NCBI RefSeq assembly: GCF_018977255.1
Contig: NW_024704828.1
Location: forward strand, 124,001 to 188,000
DNA from: Callorhinchus milii
Taxonomy: Eukaryota
DNA: 64,000 nucleotides
Reading direction: 5' to 3'
Part shown: piece by piece, positions 56,490-64,000 of the stretch
Layout of the letters: every line of letters begins with the position of its first letter
Numbering within the stretch: position 1 is the stretch's first letter
Notes under the pieces: generated by a model
Told to the model about the DNA's origin: nothing
Databases searched by the model: none
What the model saw: the letters and a program-made list of their open reading frames with translations, nothing else
Position numbers and translations under genes: made by a program

Positions 56490-57297
56490 CGGGCAAGGCA
56501 GGGGGGGGTTGGCAGAGGGGACGGTAGGGAGGGTTGCAGGGGGAGGGGTGGCAGGGGAGGGTTGGCAGTGTAGGGGTGTCAGGGAAGGTTGGCAGGGGGA
56601 GGGTTGCAGGGGGGGTTGGCAGTGGAGGGGTGGCAGTGGAGGGGTGGCAGGGGAAGGTTGGTAGGGGAGGGGTGGCAGTGGAGGGGTGGCAGGGGAAGGT
56701 TGGCAGGGGGAGGGTTTGGCAGTGGAGGGGTGGCAGGGGAAGGTTGGCAGGGGAGGGGTGTCAGGGGAGGTTGGTAGGGGAGGGGTGGCAGTGGAGGGGT
56801 GGCAGGGGAGGGGTGGCAGGGGAGGGGTGTCAGGGGAAGGTTGGCAGGGGGGAGGGTTGGCAGTGGAGGGTTGGCAGGGGAAGGTTGGCAGGGGAAGGTT
56901 GGCAGGGGAGGGGTGGCAGTGGGGGGGTGTCAGGGGAAGGTTGGCAGGGGAAGGTTGGCAGGGGGAAGGATTGGCAGTGGAGGGGTGGCAGGGAAGGGTT
57001 GGCAGGGGAGGGGTGGCAGTGGAGGGGTGGCAGGGGAAGATTGGCAGGGGGAGGGTTGGCAGTGGAGGGGTGGCAGGGGAAGGTTGGCAGGGGAGGGTTG
57101 GCAGTGGAGGGGTGGCAGGGGAAGATTGGCAGGGGGAGGGTTGGCAGTGGAGGGGTGGCAGGGGAAGGTTGGCAGGGGAGGGTTGGCAGTGGAGGGTTGG
57201 CAGTGAGGGTGGCAGGGAAGGTTGGCAGGGAAGGTTGGTAGGGGAGGGGTGGCAGTGGAGGGGTGGCAGGGGAGGGGTGGCAGGGGAGGGGGGGTGG
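56490..57297. repeat. G-rich minisatellite, ~800 bp
   Basis: Interleaved ggcagtggaggggt / ggcaggggaaggtt ~14-bp units. Confidence 0.95.
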
Positions 57298-57366
57298 TAT
57301 TGCCTGACGGCTAATGTACCTCTCATATGGCTCCTGAATCAGACTCGGCTGATTGTTTGTTTGTAG

Positions 57367-60300
57367 ATGATGTTCCGCAGCCCCTCACGGTCCTCCTGTT
57401 CCTGCTCCTGACCACCTCCGCTGCCTGGTGTCCTGCAGCGAGTTCGTCCATCTCCTGTTACAGCGACTCCGGGAATCCCGTGGACTGGTAAACCCGGCTC
57501 CAGAGTGCTGTATACTGGGGAGTGTGTGTGTGGTATGTCTTCTACATGTGTGTGTATGTGGTGTGCGTGTTGTCTGTATGTGTGTGTTTCTGTGTACATC
57601 ACCACGACTGTTCGCACCACTGCTCCCTCGATCCCATCCCCACCTCTCTCCTCGTCTCCCAGCTCCACCTTCTGGCCCCCACTCCTGTCCGATGTCATCA
57701 ATCTCTCCCTGTCCACCGGTTCGGTTCCCACCCCCCGAAAAACAGCCGTCATCACCTCCATCCCGACTCCGCTCCTTTCTCTCTCGCCGTTCCCTCTTTA
57801 AACCCCTCCAATCCGGATTCCGCGCTGCCCACAGCACGGAAACAGCCCCGGGGGTCACAGTCACTGATGACATTCTGAATACCTGTGATCAGGGGCTCCC
57901 TCTGCCTCCTTGTCCTCCTCGATCAATCCACGGCTGTTTGTGGGGACGCTGCTGTACGCCGTACAGATGCCAGGATTATTATTATTATTATTATTATTCA
58001 GGTTCATCGTTTACAAACTGCCCAAACGCAGCAGTCTGACTGGGCTCAGCTACATGTACCAGGACTCTACCACCAAGGGCTGGAAACCGGGGAATTACTT
58101 GATAAACAATACACAGGGAGCTGTGGGCCGCACTCTGACACAAGTCTATAAGCAACGTCAAGCTCAGGTAAGGCTCCCGACCTCGCCAAGTCCTGGCTGA
58201 GAGCTAACTTGCTCTAGTTCAATGTCAGCAAGACCGAGGCTTTCTTGATTGGCTCCCGTCAGCGCCTCCTCACCTCAGGCGCTGACAACATCACCGTCCA
58301 TTGCTCACTCCACCTCACTGAGTCAGTCCCGAACCTTGGGGGTCTTGTTTGACCCTCACCTATCCCTTCTACCCCACATCCGTGCCATGACCTGCTCTGC
58401 CTTCCCCCACCTCCGCAACATGACCCGGCTCCGCCACTGTCTCACGTCGCAGACCTCCGAGACCCTCATAGAAAGAAGGTTCTTTCTCTCTGCCCCGGAG
58501 ACTTGGGCCAACAAACCCCCAAGTGAATCCTTCCTTCACTTCATGGTTGTTGGAGGGAAGTCGCTGTGTGCAAATTGGCTGCTGTGTTTGTCCCCAGAAA
58601 GCCAGTGCGGTACTGTCCGCTCAGTGAATTTTAGGTGAATTTTGATGTGAAACAACTGATAACCGAGATTTCTCCTTCACTTCACCAGAACCAAGAGACA
58701 GCGTATGTGCTGTATAACGATCAGTCTACTAAACACTCGGAGAGCAACTACGGCCACACTAAAGGTAGGGAGTGAACACTCGACAACCTCATCTGACTTT
58801 ACCATCTCCTCCTCCTCGTCCCTCGCGTCCTCTGCCCCGAAACTCTGGAACACTCTCCCTCAAATCCCTCCGCCTTGCCCACCACCCCTCTCTCTCTCTC
58901 TCTCTCTCTCTCCCCTCCTTTTTTCGACCGTGCTTACGGTCACCCTCTTCCCCCCACCAGCTCGGAGTCAGGCTCCGCCAATGTTAATCACTCTGAGACG
59001 ATGAAATGCCCATATATTTATTTATTTATTCTCTCTCTCTCTCTCTCTCTCGCTGTCACGCACTCGGTCAAGGTGTCATCCTCTTGGATCAGAAGCAAGG
59101 TTTCTGGCTGGTCCACAGCACTCCTCATTTCCCGCTGCCAGCCAACGAGAGTTACAGCTGGCCAGACTCAGGCAAACGCAATGGGCAATCCTTCCTCTGC
59201 GTCACGTACCCCTACGCCCAGTTCAACGAGATCGGTGAGGGCACAGGTCGCACATGTCACTCCATTCTACTGTGAAACCCCTGAGAAGCACTTTGAGACG
59301 ATCTGGACCATGTGATTAAGGCTCTGACTCCCCACCATCGGCGGTCGGGCCTTCAGCCTCTCTGCCCCCACCCTCTGGAATTCCATCCCACTGACCCTCC
59401 GCCTCACCCCCACCCTCCCTCCCTGGCCTCCTTCATCACCAGTCTCAAGACCCTCCTCTTCAACTAACTGGGCCTTCGGTCACCCTCCTACCCCCACCCT
59501 CCCTGCCTCCACCCTCCCTCCTGATCCCAAGCCCCAGCTCGGGTCCAAACGCCTGACTGTCCAGAGCCTTGGGACGTCCTCCTGATGTGAAAGGCGCTGT
59601 GTAAGTGTCGTTTGTTGTTGTTGTTGTATCGATTGCAATGATGACTGTAACCTCTCTCTCACTCACTCACCCTCTCTCTCATTCCTTCCTTGCTCCAGGC
59701 CTCCAGCTGTTGTACAACAATCCTCACACTTACTCCCACTCTGTACCGGAGCCTTTCGCCAGAGACTTGCCCGACCTCAAGAAGGCCGTGGAGCCCCACA
59801 GGGCGCTCCCCCCGGGGGGGAAGAGAAAGGCTGGGTTGCGCTCAGTGGCCGGAACCAACTTCAACAGCTTCGCAAAATCCAAAGCTTTCGGCAAAGGTAA
59901 TCCTCGCTCGTTTGAGATGGTGCTGCCCACCCCCACGTCGTTTTCCTTTTCACCCCTCGAGCCCCAAATTCCACCCGGTCTCAGTCTGCCAGACCGCTCC
60001 CAGATCGGAGCGAGCAGCTTGCGGGTTCAAACCCCGTGTCGGTGGGGTGGGTGGGGGTGCTTCACGCTCACCTGATCCTCACCTTTAAAACCCCTTCACA
60101 CCTCTGTATTGCCCCGATCCTCTCTTCCGCTTGGCAAACACCCTCCCCCCTTCCCAGCCCTCCCCCACTCACGAATCGAACCCGGGTCCTCTCGCTTGCG
60201 AGGCGAGCGCTCTAACCACTGAGCTACAGGACGTCCCCTATGTGAAGGTCGCGGGATGAACGGTTGCTCTTGTTACAGATCTGTATGTTGACTGGCTGGC

Positions 60301-60631
60301 GGGCGAGTTTGCCAGTGACCTCCTGGTGCAGTCGTGGCCCAATTCCCGAGGGACTCTGCCGTCGAATTGCTCCGGGCCTCACTGGGTTTACAACGTGGAC
60401 ACCATCCACCTGCCCGGGAACCCCGACTTCACCAGCACCGTAGACCACTCCAAGTGGTGCGTGACCCACCCACGCGGCGACGGACCGAGCTGGGTCTGCG
60501 TCGGCGACATCAACCGAGACAGAGCCGAGGAGTTCCGGGGCGGAGGGGTTGTCTGCGTCAACGATCCCGCCGTCTGGAAGTCTTTTTCCAGCCTGGTCTT
60601 GAAATTCAAGGATTGTTCGTCCCGTAACTAG
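57367..60631 (+). CDS. DNASE2: Deoxyribonuclease II (lysosomal acid DNase); start codon ambiguous
   Basis: Exons 57367-57487, 58002-58167, 58689-58764, 59073-59234, 59699-59896 and 60279-60631. Signal peptide, [57 protein letters not shown] and WVCVGDINR (both PLD-type HxK motifs). AATAAA at ~60674. DNASE2 is preferred over DNASE2B mainly by 19p13-type synteny. Confidence 0.88.
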
Positions 60632-61599
60632 CAGCAACTTGTGGGAACTAACTAACTAACTAATTATTATTATAATAAAACAGGTGTTCAGCCGTGCCTC
60701 AGGTGTGGAGGCACTCGTGCCTCTGGGCTGCTTTGACACTCCAATAACAATAATAATAATAATAAGCTTTACGTTTGACGCAGCGCCTTATCGCGCCTTT
60801 GGCACTTCTCAAAGCACTTCACGGGATATGCTGTAAAGTGTAGTGACAGTGTGTTTTGTGGGTGAAACGCAGCAGCCAATTGCGCCCAGCGACGTCCATG
60901 GCAATTGTTTGATTTTGACAAACTAACATTGCACCTTCCTCTTCGACCGTGCGTACAGTCACCCACCCCACTCCTGCTTGACATCGGGTTCTGCCTTTGT
61001 TATGTGCTCCGCGACGCTGCCCTTTGTTGTTGTATAAAATGCAATTAAAAGTGGGTTTTATAATCTGTGAGCAGATGTGGGCTTGGTCTTTGGTCAATAA
61101 TAATTATAACAGTAATAATGCTGGCATTTGACACAGAACCTCATCATGTCTTCGAGATGTCTCAAAGCGCTTCACAGGATACACTGTAAAGTGTAGTGAC
61201 TGTGTGTTTTGTGGGTGAAATGCCCGGCGTCGTCCCCACAAACAATCGTGGGTTGAAGTGACCGAATTTATTATTATTATTATTTTGTTTTCGAAGGGAT
61301 TATTACCCCAGAAAAGCCACCCAACTAGTTACAGAGCATTGTGTGGGAGGATTGCACTAAGCTATACCAAAAGTGTGTGATGGAACAGGCTGAGTGGGCT
61401 GAATGGCCTCATTCTCTATAGGGTGAGGACATGGGGCTGGGATTTCCTTTCCTGCTGCAGTTCCAGCCTCCAGCCTCCAGGCGGCGCTGTCCCCAAACCC
61501 AACCTAACCTGGCGGCGCAACCTAACCTGCTGGTGCGGGGGGGGGGGGGGAGGGGCAGATTGATTGACGTACCAAACGTCCGGCCGAGCGGGTGCAGGT

Positions 61600-61933
61600 G
61601 TGGGACCAATGAACGCGAGGAGAGGGCGGGGCTCTAGAAGAGGTGAGAGACAGGACTGAGGACCAATCAGGAGCCGTCTGGCGGGGGGAGCGGCCAACCA
61701 GCGTGAGGAGAGGGGCGGGCTCTGGAAGTGACAGGAGTGAGAACCAATCAGCAGCCGCCAGACTGAGCTGGGGGTGGGGGGTGGGGGAATCCGACCAATG
61801 AGCGTGAGGCGAAGGCGGGTTCCGGGGGTGGGGGTGTGATTGACAGGGTCGTGGACCAATCGGGAGTCAGGCCGAGCGGGAAGCTGGTGAGACCAATGAC
61901 CGTGAGGAAGGGGGCGGGCTCTTAGGGGGGAAA
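61600..61933 (+). promoter_or_regulatory. DCAF15 CpG-island promoter with six CCAAT boxes and GC boxes
   Basis: CCAAT at 61606, 61663, 61744, 61795, 61856 and 61893, interspersed with GGGCGG. Confidence 0.75.
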
Positions 61934-63438
61934 ATGGCGCCGAGCGCGAAAAAGCGTCCGGTGGCGGCGGCCAAGAGGAAAACCAACGTCCTGAGGAGCT
62001 TACACCGCCTCAAGGTACCGCCCCCCCTCCCCTCCGCCCTCAGCCCCTCCTCCCCCCAACATCCACCCCCCGGCAGCCCCTCCATCCTCACCTCCACCCC
62101 TCAACCTCCTCCCTCCCCCTCAACCTTCTCCCTCCTCAACCTCCTCCCCTCAATCTCCTCCCTCCCCCCCCTCAACCTTCCCCCTAACCTCCTCCCTCAA
62201 CCTCCTCCCTCCCCCTCAACCTCCTCCCCCTCAACTTCCCCCTCCTCCCTCCTCAACCTCCTCCCTCAACCTCCTCCCTCCCCCCCTCAACCTTCCCCCT
62301 AACCTCCTCCCTCAACCTCCTCCCTCCCCCCCTCAACCTTCCCCCTCCGCCCCCCCTCAATCTCCTCCCTCCCCCCCTAACCTCCTCCCTCCTCAACCTC
62401 CTCCCTCCTCAACTTCCTCCCCTCAACCTCCACCCCCCCCCTTCCCCTTATAGCCCCCTCCCCGGGCGAGAGCAATCCCGGCTATAACAGTGACCCCCCC
62501 CCCCCCCCGCGCTGCTCTATATAAACTGTATAAATAATAAATAATAAATACTATATATAATTCCCCCCCACTGCGCTATAACTACTGCAACTGGACACCT
62601 GCAGCTATAATAATAATAATAATAATAAGCCTCGCGTTTGACACAGCGCCTCATCGCACCTGTGGGACTTCCCAAAGCGCTTCACGGGATATGCTGTAAA
62701 GTGTAGTGACTGTGTATTTTGTGGGTGAAACGCGGCAGCCGGTGCCGCGCAGCAGCGTCCCCACACACAGCCGTGGATTGAGTGACCAAGTTATAGTTAT
62801 ACTAACCTTGAACCCGCACAGTGTACGGTGACGCTCCAATGCGCTGCTGGGGGTGGGTTGCGGGGTTGCGGGGGGTGGGGGTTGCATTGTTGGAGGTGCT
62901 GAACGTCATCCGCCTGCTCAGGTGGACATTATTGACCCCGTGACGCCATTTGCAAAGAGAAGGGAGTTTCTCTTTTGTCTCCCTGTGCCCTGACAATTCC
63001 CCGAATAAAATCCCCCGCGAGCTATTGTGCTGCCGCGTTTGCCTACAAAAACACACAGTCACTCCATGTCACAGTGAATCCTGCGAAGCTTTGAGACGTC
63101 CTTCCGGCTTAAAAAGGCGCCATATCAAATGCAACGACTATTATGATAGCCCTGTAACGGCCCCCCCACAGACACAGCCCACTCTCTGCTTTATAACTAG
63201 TGTGACTAGCATAACTAGACTAGGAGCAAACGCTGCAGGTCTCCTTAGTGTTGGGGAGCTGACCTTTGGGTGAGAGTTGATGTGGGAGTTGTGTTTTTTT
63301 CTGGACGGTTCCTGAAGTGCTTTACGTTTTCTCGTTGCAGATTACCGGACAGTTCTCCCACCGAATGTTCCAGAACCTGCCGCCGATATTGTGCGTCCCG
63401 CTAAAAAACATAGTGGACGATGTGTTTTTGCTCGCGGG
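61934..63438 (+). CDS. DCAF15: DDB1- and CUL4-associated factor 15, exons 1-2 (continues beyond the window)
   Basis: Exons 61934-62014 and 63341-63438 give MAPSAKK..VLRSLHRLK/ITGQFSHRMFQNLPPILCVPLKNIVDDVFLLAG, matching the recalled DCAF15 N-terminus ([48 protein letters not shown]). Confidence 0.88.
62030..62445. repeat. C-rich (cctcaacctcctccctcc)n array in DCAF15 intron 1
   Basis: Directly visible. Confidence 0.9.
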
Positions 63439-63559
63439 GTACGTGGAAGAAAAAAAGGTTTCAGTCGGTTGGCATTCCTTCCTGGCCTTTTCCTCCCCTC
63501 CCACCTCTCTCCGTGGAGGAGATCAGACTCCGGAGTGAAAAGTCCGCACTCNAAAAAAC

Positions 63560-64000
63560 ATTGATAGAAATGTAGTTCTGCCTTGTATTGAGTAGAGAAG
63601 GTTGAGGGGTGGTCTACAGAGAAACTGTTTCCTCTGGTGGGTGGGGGTGGGGGGGATTCAGAACAAGTGGGGGGGCTTCATCTTAAAATTAGAGCCAGGC
63701 CGTTTAGGAGTGAAATCAGAAGGCAGTTTTTCACACAAAGGCCAGTGGGAGTCTGGAACACCCTCCCTCCCCCACAAGGCTGCGGATTATGGCTGAATCC
63801 GTTCACATTTTTAATTAGAATTTAAAAATCGATTCAAATTTTCCAGACTGAGGTGGACAGCTGTTTGTTAGGTCAGGGGATCAAGCGATAATGCAGCAAG
63901 GGCAGGGTAATTGGAGTTGAGGTACAGATCAGCCGTGATCTTATAGAATGGCGGAACAGGCTCGAGGGGCTGAATGGCCTCCTCCTGTTTCTATGCTGCG
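63560..64000 (+). mobile_element. CR1-type LINE 3' fragment
   Basis: LKIRARPFRSEIRRQFFTQRPVGVWNTLP, followed by the ggctcgaggggctgaatggcctcctcct 3' UTR (also seen at ~9730-9810). Confidence 0.85.

Noticed and set aside
55113-57366. Long ORFs of 150-340 aa (also 3237-3951, 3844-4770, 16327-18205)
   Set aside because: Products of low-complexity repeats or N gaps that lack stop codons.

Overview
Eukaryotic, intron-rich vertebrate DNA with five N gaps. The tRNA-head and Deu-type SINEs plus CR1/L2 fragments suggest a cartilaginous fish, possibly a chimaera (inference). Six spliced genes were reconstructed exon by exon: a laforin/EPM2A-like glucan phosphatase (-, 4 exons), GPR108 (+, 18 exons, head-to-head with laforin), RDH8 (-, 6 exons), complement C3 (+, 41 exons, thioester GCGEQ and catalytic His intact), DNASE2 (+) and the first two exons of DCAF15 (+). 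Apart from laforin, these genes lie on 19p13 in human. Main observations: (1) a laforin gene out of its usual synteny, with a coding dodecamer repeat and a tandemly duplicated splice donor; (2) a ~100-bp inverted repeat bracketing the C3 promoter and exon 1; (3) six frame-breaking indels in C3 with no nonsense substitutions; (4) a GPR108-RDH8-C3 block joining the neighbourhoods of human C3 and C3P1; (5) retroposon (TTA)n/(TTG)n tails abutting many 3' splice sites. Gene names come from recalled protein motifs and exon structure; no database search was run.
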